A DNA stretch of 64,000 bases. It comes from Bryobacterales bacterium. GTDB lineage: Bacteria > Acidobacteriota > Terriglobia > Bryobacterales > Bryobacteraceae. A program made the position numbers and the translations under genes. The notes beneath the pieces were generated by a model, which was not told where the DNA came from, did no database searches, and saw only the letters and a list, made by a program, of their open reading frames with translations. The DNA is taken from contig JBBSEX010000013.1 of assembly GCA_038239345.1 (NCBI GenBank), positions 15,103-79,102 of the forward strand, in the 5' to 3' direction. Below, piece by piece: positions 27,554 through 38,496 of this stretch. Each line of letters opens with the position of its first letter. Positions within the stretch are counted from its first letter, which is position 1.

Positions 27554-29131
27554 TCACACGACCAAAAGTTGGTGATCGTGACAATCGACACGCACGTTTT
27601 CGTAAATCTGATCGATCAGGTCCAGTCCGTGTTTGGCGAGAAACGGCAGGATGGAATAGAAACGTTCCTGCAGATGTTTTTGCGGATCGATCAGGCCGGT
27701 AAGGAATTCGGCATCGTCGATAGCGCGCTGGTCGCGACGCAGGGCTTCGCGTCCGGCCTTCTGGCCGATCTTTTCCAATTGATACAAAATCTTCGCCCCG
27801 CTCTTATCTAAAGCCGATGCCAGCGTAGGATCGAACGCCAGAAAATCCTGACGCAATCGCCCCAGCTGCCGTGAAACCTCGGCGGTGGTATCGGAGACGC
27901 GCTGGTGCAGCGCAGGCGGCACAATGGCCCGTGAAATCGATTCCCGCAGTGCGCCATCGCCTTTAAGTATGGCCGGCAAAGTCAGATGATAGCGCCGCAT
28001 TAGCTTGTCGGCGCGCGAATCCAAAATGGTAAACCCGCTGCGAGCGGTCATTACCGGCATCCGGCCCAATAGCGATTGATACAGCACCTGCCCTTGCGCC
28101 ATATAGGCCAACTCCGCCGGGCCTCCAACATACGAAACCGTCGGCAACAAATAATCTTGAATTACCGGGCGCAATAACGCGTTTGGCGAAAGCTCTTCAG
28201 CGCGTTCCGCAAGCTCGGCCGGCGAATAGCGATGATCCTTGGCGACATAATCCTGTTCCTGCTGCCGCAACGTAATTCGCTTCCCGTTATCGAGCAAAAA
28301 GAACAGTGACGTTCGCGGCTCAATATGAACTTGCGCATGGTAACCGGCCGCCGCTAATTCTTTATTCCGTTCCAGCAAGCGAGCTTTCAGTTCCGAGGCC
28401 GAAGCCGCCGCTTGGCGCAAAATCGGAGCCGCAATCTTCCGAATGTCGGCATGCAGTGGATCCAGGTAAAGGATGCCGTAGCGGCTCAATAAAGATTGCA
28501 AGAGCCGCCGAAAACCCTCGCCCAATGTGACGCCGGCCGGATATGCCGCGGCAACTAAATCCGTAACCTCGCTTCCGAAAGGAAGATCGGATAGAGCCTT
28601 GCGCAACTCGTCGATTGGAATAGATTCGAGTTCCACTCCGCCAACCGGCCGCTGTCCGGTATTCTTCCCGTCGACATGAAATCCGATCGGCTGCTGGGCT
28701 TTACCGAACACCCAGGCATGATCGACTTCGGCGAAGTCATGGTCCTCCGTGGCGAGCCAGAAAATCGGGACCGCCGGCACATTATTCGCGCTCAGTTCGG
28801 CAGCCAGCCGCACCGCGCTTAGCGCCTTATAAATCGTATAAGCGGGACCGGAAAACAATCCGACCTGTTGCCCCGTAACGACGGCTACCGTATTGGGCTT
28901 CGCCAGAAGTTCGAGCGACGGAGAGTCGCCATTTTGCACACGTAATGCAGCCACCAACGCAGCTCGTCGTTCGGCGGGATACTCAATTTCTCCGGCAGCC
29001 GCGGCGAATGAATTGAAATCTGCCGGATTATGGGAATAAAATTGCCGGACCCGATCAAAATGGTAAAGGAAGTCGGCGAAGAGCCGCGACGTGTGAGGCA
29101 AGTCGGTGTGGCGAAGACAGGCAGCGTCCAT
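27554..29131 (-). CDS. bshC: Bacillithiol biosynthesis cysteine-adding enzyme
   Basis: The 525-aa product contains LPHTSRLFADFLYHFDRVRQFY and VVTGQQVGLFSGPAYTIYKALSAVRLAAEL....PVAPIFWLATEDHDFAEVDH, the BshC/UPF0747 signature. Confidence 0.8.
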   Translation of the reverse strand: MDAACLRHTDLPHTSRLFADFLYHFDRVRQFYSHNPADFNSFAAAAGEIEYPAERRAALVAALRVQNGDSPSLELLAKPNTVAVVTGQQVGLFSGPAYTIYKALSAVRLAAELSANNVPAVPIFWLATEDHDFAEVDHAWVFGKAQQPIGFHVDGKNTGQRPVGGVELESIPIDELRKALSDLPFGSEVTDLVAAAYPAGVTLGEGFRRLLQSLLSRYGILYLDPLHADIRKIAAPILRQAAASASELKARLLERNKELAAAGYHAQVHIEPRTSLFFLLDNGKRITLRQQEQDYVAKDHRYSPAELAERAEELSPNALLRPVIQDYLLPTVSYVGGPAELAYMAQGQVLYQSLLGRMPVMTARSGFTILDSRADKLMRRYHLTLPAILKGDGALRESISRAIVPPALHQRVSDTTAEVSRQLGRLRQDFLAFDPTLASALDKSGAKILYQLEKIGQKAGREALRRDQRAIDDAEFLTGLIDPQKHLQERFYSILPFLAKHGLDLIDQIYENVRVDCHDHQLLVV

Positions 29132-29225
29132 TGAGCGGTTCCAAGGTTAGCAGATGCTATGACTCTGATGCTACGAATGAGACGGCGGACGCGGAAAAAG
29201 GTTATCTTTAAGTTTACTGGCCTTT

Positions 29226-29552
29226 ATGGATGATCAGGAGTTTAAAAAACGTGCCGACGAGGCTCTGGAAGGCCTCTACAATAAGCTCTCGGCCGCAGCC
29301 GATGAACACGGCGTCGAAGCGGATTTCAACTCAGGCGCTCTGGCCATTGAGTTCGAAGAGCCGCCTGGCAAATTCGTAGTCAGCCCCAATGCGCCGGTGA
29401 AACAGATCTGGGTATCGGCCCATTCCAAGAGCTTTAAACTTGTCTGGGATCCCAGTCGCGAAGCGTTCGTACTGCCCGAAACCGGTGAGACGCTGAACGC
29501 TCTGATCGCTGCCGCCATCAGCAAGCAGATTGGTGAAGAAGTCACGCTGTGA
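29226..29552 (+). CDS. cyaY: Frataxin-like iron donor protein
   Basis: The 108-aa product contains FKKRADEALEGLYNKL....DFNSGALAIEFEEPPGKFVVSPNAPVKQIWVSAHSKSF, the CyaY/frataxin pattern. Confidence 0.8.
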   Translation: MDDQEFKKRADEALEGLYNKLSAAADEHGVEADFNSGALAIEFEEPPGKFVVSPNAPVKQIWVSAHSKSFKLVWDPSREAFVLPETGETLNALIAAAISKQIGEEVTL

Positions 29553-30643
29553 AGCCCTGCGGCGTGTACATCGCTTATCCTTTTTGCAGCCAGAAATGTA
29601 CTTTTTGCAATTTCGCTTCAGGCGTATTGCCGCGCGATCTGGAGCCCCGTTATCTGGCGGCGCTCCGCGTTGAGTTAACGTCATTTCCCTGGCCCTGCGC
29701 GCCGGATTCGGTATACCTCGGCGGCGGCACGCCCAGTCAAATCGACCCGGAAGCATTAGCCCCGATATTATCTGTCATCCCCGGCGATTGGACGGAGGCC
29801 ACCATCGAGTGCGCACCGGGCAGCATCACAGCGGAGAAAGCGAAAGCGTGGCGCAAAGCCGGCATCAATCGCGCCAGCTTAGGCGTGCAATCTTTCGTTC
29901 GTAGCGAACTGGCGCGGACCGGCCGTAAACACAGCGCTGAAACCGTTGCCGCAGATGTCGCCATCCTTCGCGACGCGGGAATTGATCACATCAATCTGGA
30001 CCTGATTGCGGGCTTGCCAGGACAGAATCCCGCGAGTTGGCAGCAGTCGCTCGATGGGATAAAACGGCTTGCCCCGGATCATGCGTCCATTTACATGTTA
30101 GAGGTGGATGAAGAAAGCCGCCTGGGCAAAGAGATGCTGTTGGGCGGCGTGCGATACGGTGCGTCCGATGTTCCCAGCGAAAACACGATCGCAGATTTTT
30201 ACGACTCGGGCGTGGAACAATTTGCCGCCGTGGGCTTATTGCGCTATGAGATTTCCAACTTCGCGCAAGCGGGTTGCGAGTCGTTACACAATCTGAAATA
30301 TTGGCAGCTTGCGCCGTACTTCGGTTTTGGAAGCGATGCCCATTCCTTCGACGGAGTCTGGCGCTGGCAGAACGTCGAGAACGCCGCCGATTACGTCAGC
30401 CTTACCGAACGGAGCGAATCCACACGAATTGAAAGCACCGCGGCAAATTCGGTGGAGGAGCGCTTCTTTGTGGGCTTGCGTCTGAGTGCCGGCATCAGGC
30501 CCGACGTTGCCGAATGGCAGCGATACGCTGAGCCGATTCATCGCTTCCTGGAAGGTGGTCTGCTGGAGACCGATGGCCAGACGTTGCGCTTGACCGATCG
30601 TGGCGTGCTGCTCTCGAACGAAGTTTTCGCCCAGTTTATTTAG
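29549..30643 (+). CDS. hemW: Radical-SAM heme chaperone (HemN-like, oxygen-independent coproporphyrinogen-III-oxidase family)
   Basis: The 364-aa product has YIAYPFCSQKCTFCNF (CX3CX2C), YLGGGTPS and a C-terminal HemN_C-like region (RLTDRGVLLSNEVFAQF). It overlaps the cyaY stop by 4 nt. Confidence 0.85.
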   Translation: MKPCGVYIAYPFCSQKCTFCNFASGVLPRDLEPRYLAALRVELTSFPWPCAPDSVYLGGGTPSQIDPEALAPILSVIPGDWTEATIECAPGSITAEKAKAWRKAGINRASLGVQSFVRSELARTGRKHSAETVAADVAILRDAGIDHINLDLIAGLPGQNPASWQQSLDGIKRLAPDHASIYMLEVDEESRLGKEMLLGGVRYGASDVPSENTIADFYDSGVEQFAAVGLLRYEISNFAQAGCESLHNLKYWQLAPYFGFGSDAHSFDGVWRWQNVENAADYVSLTERSESTRIESTAANSVEERFFVGLRLSAGIRPDVAEWQRYAEPIHRFLEGGLLETDGQTLRLTDRGVLLSNEVFAQFI

Positions 30644-30646
30644 GAC

Positions 30647-31690
30647 ATGCATCAGCACATCATCGATCTCCGCAGCGATACCGTCACTCGCCCCACTGAC
30701 GCGATGCGGCGCGCCATGGCCGAAGCCGACGTGGGAGACGACGTCTATGGAGAAGACCCCACTGTCAATCGCCTGGAACTGCGGGCGGCTCAAATATTCG
30801 CTAAGGAGGCCGCGCTTTTCGTTCCTACCGGCACCATGGGAAACACCATCGCCATTAAGATGCACACCCAGCATGGTGAAGAAGTAATCTGCGATTCGCG
30901 GGCGCATATTCTCGATTGGGAACTCTCCATGACGGCGTGGTTCTCGGGTTGCCTGGTGCGTCCGATTACAACCGAAGACGGCATCCTGCGCTGGCCGGCC
31001 ATTGAGCGCCACCTGCGCACTTTCGGTCCGCACAACGCACCGACGTCGTTAATTGAAATCGAGAATACGCACAACATGGCCGGCGGGGTTGTCTATCCGC
31101 TGGAGGTGATCGGCGAAATTTGCGCGAATGCCCACGAGCGCGATTTGAAAGTCCACATAGATGGCGCGCGAATCTTCAACGCCCAAGCCGCCAGCGGTCT
31201 ACCGGTGGCGATTATCGCGCAACCAGTGGATTCCGTGATGTTCTGTCTGTCCAAGGGATTGGGCGCGCCGGTGGGATCGATGGTGGTTGGCAGCGCGGAT
31301 GCAATCGCCCGCGGCCGGTTGTATCGCAAGCGGCTTGGCGGCGGCATGCGCCAGGCGGGCGTGTTGGCGGCTGCGGGAATAATCGCGCTCGAAGATATGC
31401 CCCAGCGTCTTTCCGAAGATCACGACAACGCGCGCTTCCTAGCCCAACAGCTCTCTCTGATCCCGGGAGTCGCCATCGATCCGGCAAAGGTTCAGACCAA
31501 CATCGTAATTTTCGATATCGCCGGAAGCGGGTTGACGCCGGCGGAATTTAGCCAGCGCTTGCAACTGCATGGCGTTCGCATGAATGGAGTCGGTGGAACA
31601 CTGGTCCGGCTTGTCACTCACTACGATGTGCCTCGCGCCGATTGCGAGCAGGCACTTCTGGCAATTCAGCAAGTGCTGAAGCCCGTTTAA
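30647..31690 (+). CDS. ltaE: Low-specificity L-threonine aldolase (PLP-dependent)
   Basis: The 347-aa product contains [39 protein letters not shown] and [13 protein letters not shown] (PLP-Lys). Confidence 0.85.
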   Translation: MHQHIIDLRSDTVTRPTDAMRRAMAEADVGDDVYGEDPTVNRLELRAAQIFAKEAALFVPTGTMGNTIAIKMHTQHGEEVICDSRAHILDWELSMTAWFSGCLVRPITTEDGILRWPAIERHLRTFGPHNAPTSLIEIENTHNMAGGVVYPLEVIGEICANAHERDLKVHIDGARIFNAQAASGLPVAIIAQPVDSVMFCLSKGLGAPVGSMVVGSADAIARGRLYRKRLGGGMRQAGVLAAAGIIALEDMPQRLSEDHDNARFLAQQLSLIPGVAIDPAKVQTNIVIFDIAGSGLTPAEFSQRLQLHGVRMNGVGGTLVRLVTHYDVPRADCEQALLAIQQVLKPV

Positions 31691-34107
31691 GTCTTGAGTT
31701 CCACGACAGTAGCGCCCGTACCGCCTTCCGCTGGCGACGCCGGATAAAACTTCTCGACGTGGGGATTTTTCGTTAGCAGATCGGTCACGGCCTTGCGAAG
31801 AATCCCCATTCCGTGACCGTGAACCACACGCACCCGGTCCACCTGCGCCAGTGCCGCGCTATCCAAAAACTTGTCTACCTGTTCGCAAGCTTCTTCGGCC
31901 CGTTGTCCGATGATATTGACTTCCCGATACGATATATCCCAGCGCGGGCCCTGCGTATAGGAGACACCCTTGGGCAGCATCGCCGCATCGGGCAACGCAT
32001 CCAGAACCTCTTCCACATCGTCCACCGTAATCTTCATCTTCATGACACCGGCGTCCACTTCAAGCGTGCCGTCACCCAGAATCCGCCGGATCCGAGCCGG
32101 TTGCCGAACCCCCTTCATGCGAATGCGAGCGCCCTCCACGATTTTTAATCGCGCCGGCTGAGCCGATTTTTCAGCGCCGGATCCGGCATGGATTTCCGCG
32201 TCTAACGCTTCCGTAAACTCGCGCTTGGTCTTCGAGACTTTGCGCAGAGCGTTCTCCGATGCCTTGCGTTGTTCCAGCCCCTGGGCGATTTGTTCAATAG
32301 CTTGCCGCGATTGTTCTTCAAACTTCGCGATTACCTCTGAAGCGCGATGTTCCAGCTCGCGAATTTTGGTCTGACCCTTGCGTTCCCATTCTTTCTCCAG
32401 GGCCGCCTCGCGCGCCGCCAGATCTAATTCTTTCTGCTTCAGCAGCGATTCCAAAGCGGTGGTAGTTTCCAGTTTCAGATGCAGGTCGCTCAGGAACCGG
32501 GCTATGTCGCGCTCGCTGGAACTCATCGCCGCGCGGGCCCGTTCAATCAGGTTTGGCGATAGGCCTAGCCGGCTGGCGATGTCGAGTCCAGCGGATTTAC
32601 CGGGCGCTCCCAGCCGCAGAATGTATGTCGGCTGCAGCGTCTCATCGTCAAATCCCATGGAGGCATTTACTACACCCTCCGTATTCGCCCCGTAAATCTT
32701 CAGCGCAAGCAGATGGGTGGAGGCCAGCGTGAAAGCCCCGCTGCGGCGAAAGGAATCCAGAAACGCGACTCCCAATGCACCACCCTCTTCGGGATCCGTC
32801 GCCCGGCCCAGCTCATCCAGCAACAGCAATGAATCGGGGGTGGCTTCGTCCAGCATATTGCGAAGATTCGCGATGTGCGCGGAGAACGTGCTGAGACTTT
32901 CCTGAATCGATTGATTGTCGCCAATATCGGCCAGCACGCGATCGAACAACGGGAATTCCGCTTCGACGCAAGGTACCGGGAAACCGGCGTGGGCCATCAA
33001 TGCCAGCAGCCCGACGGTCTTCATCGAAACCGTTTTGCCGCCGGTGTTAGGACCGCTGATCAGCAGGGTGCGGCGGTTACTTTCCAGATGCAGCGAAATC
33101 CCTACAATGGGTTTATGTTGCTTACGTAGCAGGTCTTCCAGCAGTGGATGACGGGCCTCGCGCAGGATTAAACGCCGGTTTGCATCGGGGCTGAATCGCG
33201 GAATCACGCACTGAAATTCGCGGGCGAAAGCGGCTTTGCCAAAGATCAGATCCAACCGGCCCATGATGTCCACCGCGGCCGCGATGGCTGGGGCGTGCTC
33301 GCGCAGGCGTTTAGTCAGGTCAAACAAAATCCGCGCGATTTCCTGCAACTCTTCTTCCGTCAGCCGCACAAGCTCGTTGTTAAGATCTATGGTCTCCAGC
33401 GGCTCGACAAACAAAGTGTGGCCGCTACCACTGGCCCCGTGAATCACGCCGTCCACCTTGCGCCGCTGTCCCGCCACAACCGGCACCACGAAACGTTCGT
33501 TGCGGATGGTGACGAACTCTTCCTGCAGTGTGCCGTCTTCGCGATGGGCTTTTAGAAAGCGCTCCAGCGACGAATGAATTTCTTTCTGCTGGCGTTCCAT
33601 GTCGCGCCGCAAACGCCGCAAAGCTACACTCGCATCGTCGGCCAGCGTTCCATCGGGAAGCACCTTGCCGCTGACGTCTCGTAGCAACTGGCGGAAATCG
33701 CCAATACCTGCGACGATCTTCGCCAGGCGCGGAAACCGGCCCTCCACCACGGCAAGAATAGATCGGGCGTCGCCGGCGCGGTCTAACAATTGCGTCAGAT
33801 CGTAAATCTGGCGCGCTTCCAGACTCGATCCTTCAATGCGCAGCAGTTGTATGGCAGTGATGGAATCGGGTAGCGAATCAAAATTCAAGCTAACAGCCGA
33901 CCCGCGTGCACCCTGCCGCGACAGCGCCACCGACCCCAGATAGTCGATAGCTTCGCCGGCATCGGCCAGCGCCCCTTCCAGCTTCTCGCGGTCCATCCCA
34001 GGGTCGATCTTACGCAGCTCCGCCTTGCCCAAAGGACTGCGCACAAATCGGCCGATAAGAGCGCGCAGCGATTCGAATTCCAGAATATTAGAACTGGTTA
34101 CGAGCAT
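31687..34107 (-). CDS. mutS2: Endonuclease MutS2 (MutS domain V ATPase plus C-terminal Smr)
   Basis: The 806-aa product has the Walker A motif [11 protein letters not shown], then [16 protein letters not shown], a coiled-coil linker and an Smr domain ([22 protein letters not shown]....[16 protein letters not shown]). Confidence 0.92.
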   Translation of the reverse strand: MLVTSSNILEFESLRALIGRFVRSPLGKAELRKIDPGMDREKLEGALADAGEAIDYLGSVALSRQGARGSAVSLNFDSLPDSITAIQLLRIEGSSLEARQIYDLTQLLDRAGDARSILAVVEGRFPRLAKIVAGIGDFRQLLRDVSGKVLPDGTLADDASVALRRLRRDMERQQKEIHSSLERFLKAHREDGTLQEEFVTIRNERFVVPVVAGQRRKVDGVIHGASGSGHTLFVEPLETIDLNNELVRLTEEELQEIARILFDLTKRLREHAPAIAAAVDIMGRLDLIFGKAAFAREFQCVIPRFSPDANRRLILREARHPLLEDLLRKQHKPIVGISLHLESNRRTLLISGPNTGGKTVSMKTVGLLALMAHAGFPVPCVEAEFPLFDRVLADIGDNQSIQESLSTFSAHIANLRNMLDEATPDSLLLLDELGRATDPEEGGALGVAFLDSFRRSGAFTLASTHLLALKIYGANTEGVVNASMGFDDETLQPTYILRLGAPGKSAGLDIASRLGLSPNLIERARAAMSSSERDIARFLSDLHLKLETTTALESLLKQKELDLAAREAALEKEWERKGQTKIRELEHRASEVIAKFEEQSRQAIEQIAQGLEQRKASENALRKVSKTKREFTEALDAEIHAGSGAEKSAQPARLKIVEGARIRMKGVRQPARIRRILGDGTLEVDAGVMKMKITVDDVEEVLDALPDAAMLPKGVSYTQGPRWDISYREVNIIGQRAEEACEQVDKFLDSAALAQVDRVRVVHGHGMGILRKAVTDLLTKNPHVEKFYPASPAEGGTGATVVELKT

Positions 34108-34130
34108 AGTGGGGCCAATAGAACCGCCGG

Positions 34131-34559
34131 TCAGCGTAGTTGGAATGCTTTCTGAATTACGGGGAGCGTGCCTTCCGTTAGTTGATATGACGAGAGCTTT
34201 TTTTCACTTACCCAGGCAACATTACTGACATCGTCGCCCGGACGAACATCGCCACTTACTACTCTACAAAGATAATCGACCAAAACGTAGTGATACTCCG
34301 GTTGGCCTTTCCTGTCGAGCATAATTCGCTCAAAGATTTCCAGGACGGAAAGCGGCTTGACCACCAATCCAGTTTCTTCCAGAACCTCGCGGCGGATGCC
34401 CGCTTCCAGCAGTTCGCCCAACTCCAATACGCCGCCGGGGAGTGACCAGTATCCCTTCAACGGCTCGCGCCCGCGCTCCACCAAAAGGATTGCGTTCCGG
34501 CGGAAAATCAGCGCGCCTACCCCCAATATCGGACGCTCGGGATATTGTCGCGAGTTCAC
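34131..34559 (-). CDS. NUDIX hydrolase
   Basis: The 142-aa product has the Nudix box GGVLELGELLEAGIRREVLEETGL. Confidence 0.85.
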   Translation of the reverse strand: MNSRQYPERPILGVGALIFRRNAILLVERGREPLKGYWSLPGGVLELGELLEAGIRREVLEETGLVVKPLSVLEIFERIMLDRKGQPEYHYVLVDYLCRVVSGDVRPGDDVSNVAWVSEKKLSSYQLTEGTLPVIQKAFQLR

Positions 34560-34563
34560 GCGT

Positions 34564-35424
34564 TTAATACTGCACTGCGCCTTTCACGCTAAGCCTCACG
34601 CGGTATACCGACGTTTGGGCCGTAATATAAAGTCCCTGGAAATCCGCGTCGCCAAACGCGCAGTTAGATGGCGTCTCGGCCAGTTCTATGACTCCCTTAG
34701 CCGTGCCGTCGGCGGAATAAATTAGCAATTTACGAGCGGCAATATAGAGGACGCCCTTTTCGTCCACAGCCATCCCACCTGGAATTCCCTCTATTCCGCT
34801 AATCAGAATTCGTTCGTTGGCCGCCGCGCCGGCGCGGTCTAAATCATAGGCGCGAATATTTCTCTCATCGGCATTGGAGACATACAGGATCTTGCCATTG
34901 GGCGAAAGCGCCACTCCTTTCGGCCGCCCGGCTGGCTTGGCAATCACTTCGATTTCGCCCTTTGGCGTGATGTGATACACCCCAAAAAAATCCAGTTCGC
35001 GCGTGTCGTTTTCTTTGCCGAATGCAGGATCGGTAAAGTAAACGTGGCCGTCATGACGCACCACGATGCCGTTCGGGGCGTTCAGACGCTTGCCCTCCCA
35101 CCGATCGGCAAGCACTTCCACCTTGCCCTTCTTATCCACTCGAACCACGCGCCGCGCATGGGCTTCGGTGACATACAGGCGTCCCCGCTCATCCAGAGCA
35201 TTTCCGTTCGCGCCCTCTGTCTTGTCGCGATACGGCACCACACCCTCGCCCGGCACAATCTGATGCTGCGTGCTGGTAGGAATGTCGCTGAAGATCAGAA
35301 AACCTTCCCGCGACCACACCGGGCCCTGAACATAATGAAAGTTCGACGCCACCCGTTCCACCTGAAGGAGGTTCGGACCTTGGGCATACAGCGCAAGAGT
35401 AAAAAGCCAAAGAGATAGTTTCAC
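34564..35424 (-). CDS. SMP-30/gluconolactonase/LRE-family beta-propeller protein, secreted
   Basis: The 286-aa product has a signal peptide, then GPVWSREGFLIFSDIP, ANGNALDERGRLYVTE, PNGIVVRHDGHVYFTDP and PKGVALSPNGKILYVSN, the six-blade lactonase pattern. Confidence 0.8.
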   Translation of the reverse strand: MKLSLWLFTLALYAQGPNLLQVERVASNFHYVQGPVWSREGFLIFSDIPTSTQHQIVPGEGVVPYRDKTEGANGNALDERGRLYVTEAHARRVVRVDKKGKVEVLADRWEGKRLNAPNGIVVRHDGHVYFTDPAFGKENDTRELDFFGVYHITPKGEIEVIAKPAGRPKGVALSPNGKILYVSNADERNIRAYDLDRAGAAANERILISGIEGIPGGMAVDEKGVLYIAARKLLIYSADGTAKGVIELAETPSNCAFGDADFQGLYITAQTSVYRVRLSVKGAVQY

Positions 35425-36734
35425 GATTTGCTGAAATAGAGTGTGACATTCACGATGTGTGTCGCCTCATCAATCGTTCTTTCCGAACGCGTGTTACCTA
35501 GATGTTCGAACAGATCCTCTTCGCGAATTCGATTCAGGAAGAAATCGGGATAATCGGAATCGAACGGCTTGCCGCCCTGTATACTCCAGAGCTTGCGAAT
35601 CGCCGGTTCCGTCTCGATGTCCAAGCCAACAATCGTCAGTAACCCGAGCACAAATTGCGGACCCGGTATGACGTGGATCACGATGTCCACCGTCTTCTTC
35701 TGGTCGTCGATCTTTCGTTCCACAGTGGTTGTCGCGTGAATATAGCCATCCCGCCGCAGACGCTTGCGCACCCGGTCTTCCCCGGCGCGGACCTCATCGA
35801 AATTCGCCGGCTCACCCGTTTTTATCTTCGCCAGCTTCACGATATCGGCGGGAGAAGGATCTTCCGAACCATCGCCGCGCACCGTTCCCAACGTATAGAC
35901 CGGACCCTCAATCACCGTAACAGTCACAATCAGCCCATCGATATCTTTCGCCGCTGCCGGTGCTGTTTCCAGTTTCGGAAACGTCACCCGAATCAGGCCT
36001 CGGGCATCGTACAAGGGCCGGACGTTGCTGTCCAGTAACTGCCGGATTCCGGGCTCGGTGTAGGGAACCCCGACAGCGACCTCGGCGAGTTTGTTCCGCA
36101 AAACTTCCGGCTGAATCACCTTGCTATCAAGAAACTTGATTTGCGCAACCACGGCCCGGGCGCGCGCCGGGCGGAAGACCACAACCAGATTCGCATTAGG
36201 ATCGGGATCCAGCTTCGATACTAATTTTTCGGTAAAATTCTTCGCCCCAAGAAAGTCGCCGATCTCTTTCGTCAGGCGCGCCAGCACTTCCTTCGTACCG
36301 GGAATCTTATCGCCGAAGAGCGGCTCTTCTCTCTTCAGCATCGCCCGCAATTCGCCATCGCTCACGGACAATTCTTCAAAGCGATAGGGATATACCTGTT
36401 CCACTTCAGAAATCTGGAATGTGCCCTTATAGCCTTTGCCGCCGGGGTCGGGACCAAATTCGTATCCAACACTATTGAACGCCGCCGTGGCTAATAACCG
36501 GTTGCGTGCCGCCTCGAAATCTAACTTACCCGCGGGCTGACCGATCTTCAGGCCGGACGCAGCCAGTATCTGCTCTCTGCTGTACAGCTTATTGCCCGTC
36601 ACCACCAAGGAAACAATCGGCCACTCACTCGGGGCCACTGCGGGGTTCGGGGCCGGCGGTTTTGGCTTCGTTTTGGCAGTCTGCGCAGCCAGCGGTAGAA
36701 GTCCTAAAACCAGCCATAAAATCGGATTCTTCAT
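35421..36734 (-). CDS. Secreted multi-POTRA-like repeat protein without a recognisable beta-barrel
   Basis: The 437-aa product has a signal peptide and a Pro/Lys linker. At least four units follow of the form I..v.v.G......i......l..G........l......l...G (for example VSLVVTGNKLYSREQILAASGLKIGQPAGKLDFEAARNRLLATAAFNSV). It ends at ...LYFSKS with no barrel-length C-terminus. Confidence 0.5.
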   Translation of the reverse strand: MKNPILWLVLGLLPLAAQTAKTKPKPPAPNPAVAPSEWPIVSLVVTGNKLYSREQILAASGLKIGQPAGKLDFEAARNRLLATAAFNSVGYEFGPDPGGKGYKGTFQISEVEQVYPYRFEELSVSDGELRAMLKREEPLFGDKIPGTKEVLARLTKEIGDFLGAKNFTEKLVSKLDPDPNANLVVVFRPARARAVVAQIKFLDSKVIQPEVLRNKLAEVAVGVPYTEPGIRQLLDSNVRPLYDARGLIRVTFPKLETAPAAAKDIDGLIVTVTVIEGPVYTLGTVRGDGSEDPSPADIVKLAKIKTGEPANFDEVRAGEDRVRKRLRRDGYIHATTTVERKIDDQKKTVDIVIHVIPGPQFVLGLLTIVGLDIETEPAIRKLWSIQGGKPFDSDYPDFFLNRIREEDLFEHLGNTRSERTIDEATHIVNVTLYFSKS

Positions 36735-36822
36735 ACTTCCGTCTTCCCAGTCATGGCGAACCCTTTCGATTGGTCATCTGAATGAAGGTATATTTCGGAC
36801 GCGGAAACTCGCGCGAATATAT

Positions 36823-38316
36823 CTATTCGAGCTCAACGGTAACGAACATCAGATGCCCCGCTCTTTCGATTTGCAAAACGGCGGCCTCGCCCGGCTTAAC
36901 ATTGTCCAGCGATTCCTTAAGCGCAATCAGAGTCACCGCCGGAATCGTATTCACCGCATAAATGACGTCGCCCGCCTGCAGTCCGTTCCCGGCGCCTTCC
37001 GATGACCGCGCCGCTACCACGATTCCGTACTCCCGGCGCAGTGTGGGAAACATTCGCGCCAGTTTTTCATTGATCTGAATAGCCAAAATCCCCAGCTTCG
37101 GGATCAAATTATCCGTTGGATTCACCATATCGGCGAAGCGCTGCGGATCGTCCTTGCGTTCAATCGCCTCCACCGGAATCGTCATCTTCTTGCTGTCGCG
37201 CAGTATTTCTATCTTCACCTTCTCGTCGAAAGGATGACGGAAAATTTCCAGTTCCACTTCGCGCGTCGTCTCCATTGGCTTGCCGTCGATCGCGGTGATC
37301 AGATCGCCGACCCTCAATCCAGCTTTCTCCGCCGGACCGTCCGGCTGCACATCGGAAACAATCGGACCCCAATCCTGCGCCAGATGTAGACCCTGGGCCA
37401 TCGGCGGAGTCACGCCTTGCACCGCGATCCCGATCTGGGCGCGATGCACGTGGCCTTCTTTTTTCAATTGTGTATAGATAGACCGGGCAAAGCTGCTGGG
37501 AATGGCGAATCCGATGCCCTCGCTACCGCCCGATTGCGAAATAATCAGCGTATTGATTCCTACCACCCGTCCCTCGACGTCCACCAGGGGGCCGCCGCTG
37601 TTGCCCGGATTGATGGGGGCGTCGGTCTGCACGTAAAGCATAATGTCGTCCGGCTTCAACTGCCGCGAAGTGGAGCTAATAATCCCCATGGAGACCGAAC
37701 TCTCCAATCCCAGCGGATTGCCGAAGGCCAGTACGATTTGCCCCTGCTTCAATTCGTTCGAATTCCCGAACACCAGATGCGGCAGCCCGTTCATTTCGAT
37801 TTTGAGTAGCGCGATATCGGTTTCGCGATCGATCCCCACAACGCGGGCCAGCAGAGTCTTGCCCGCTTGGCGTACCGGGGCATGGGGATTAGCCGGAAGC
37901 TTCACTTCAATTTTGCGGCCGCCCTGCACCACGTGGGCATTCGTGACGATGTAGCCATCGGGTGAAATGATCGCCCCTGAGCCGGTGCTGCGCTGTCGCG
38001 AAAGCAAGCTGCTAGTGGTGCTGGAGCCGTCCGATTCCTCGGGGGCCGCGTATCCTGTGGAAAAAATCTGGACCACGGCCGGACGGACGCGCGCCGCCAA
38101 ACTCTCTAGCGACATGCTGAAATCGCGGATGGAAGTGGGTGGAATCGCGGTCGATGCAGCCGGTGTCACGGCAACCGGAGGAGGGGCGACAGCCGATGGT
38201 GGCGGTGCTGGCGGTTGCGCTTGCGGCGTCGATTGTGAACTGCCTCCCGCGCCTCCGGGCGGAGTCTGTGCCAGAACAGTCGATATCACAAACATGAGAA
38301 GAGCGGTGCAGCGCAT
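36823..38316 (-). CDS. htrA: HtrA/DegP-family periplasmic serine protease with two PDZ domains
   Basis: The 497-aa product contains TNAHVV, DIALLKI and GNSGGPLV (the catalytic triad contexts), followed by two PDZ-like segments. Confidence 0.9.
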   Translation of the reverse strand: MRCTALLMFVISTVLAQTPPGGAGGSSQSTPQAQPPAPPPSAVAPPPVAVTPAASTAIPPTSIRDFSMSLESLAARVRPAVVQIFSTGYAAPEESDGSSTTSSLLSRQRSTGSGAIISPDGYIVTNAHVVQGGRKIEVKLPANPHAPVRQAGKTLLARVVGIDRETDIALLKIEMNGLPHLVFGNSNELKQGQIVLAFGNPLGLESSVSMGIISSTSRQLKPDDIMLYVQTDAPINPGNSGGPLVDVEGRVVGINTLIISQSGGSEGIGFAIPSSFARSIYTQLKKEGHVHRAQIGIAVQGVTPPMAQGLHLAQDWGPIVSDVQPDGPAEKAGLRVGDLITAIDGKPMETTREVELEIFRHPFDEKVKIEILRDSKKMTIPVEAIERKDDPQRFADMVNPTDNLIPKLGILAIQINEKLARMFPTLRREYGIVVAARSSEGAGNGLQAGDVIYAVNTIPAVTLIALKESLDNVKPGEAAVLQIERAGHLMFVTVELE

Positions 38317-38496
38317 TCGTTTGAGCCGTCAAGCCGGATAAAGCTGCAGAACCGGATGGCGGCTTACCTTTCTGACACATTTATCCTATCCTGTGTCCCG
38401 ATTCTTAGACGCTGTTTGGCCCCAAGCTGATCCGGGATGTTGTGATTCCGGAGTGCGTTGCGCTCCTACACAGTTAGGTAGTGGCCGTGAACGCCT

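Noticed and set aside
30284-31033. A 249-aa minus-strand ORF spans the hemW / ltaE junction.
   Set aside because: It is antisense to two confidently identified genes and crosses their 3-nt intergenic gap. It has no recognisable motif or signal.
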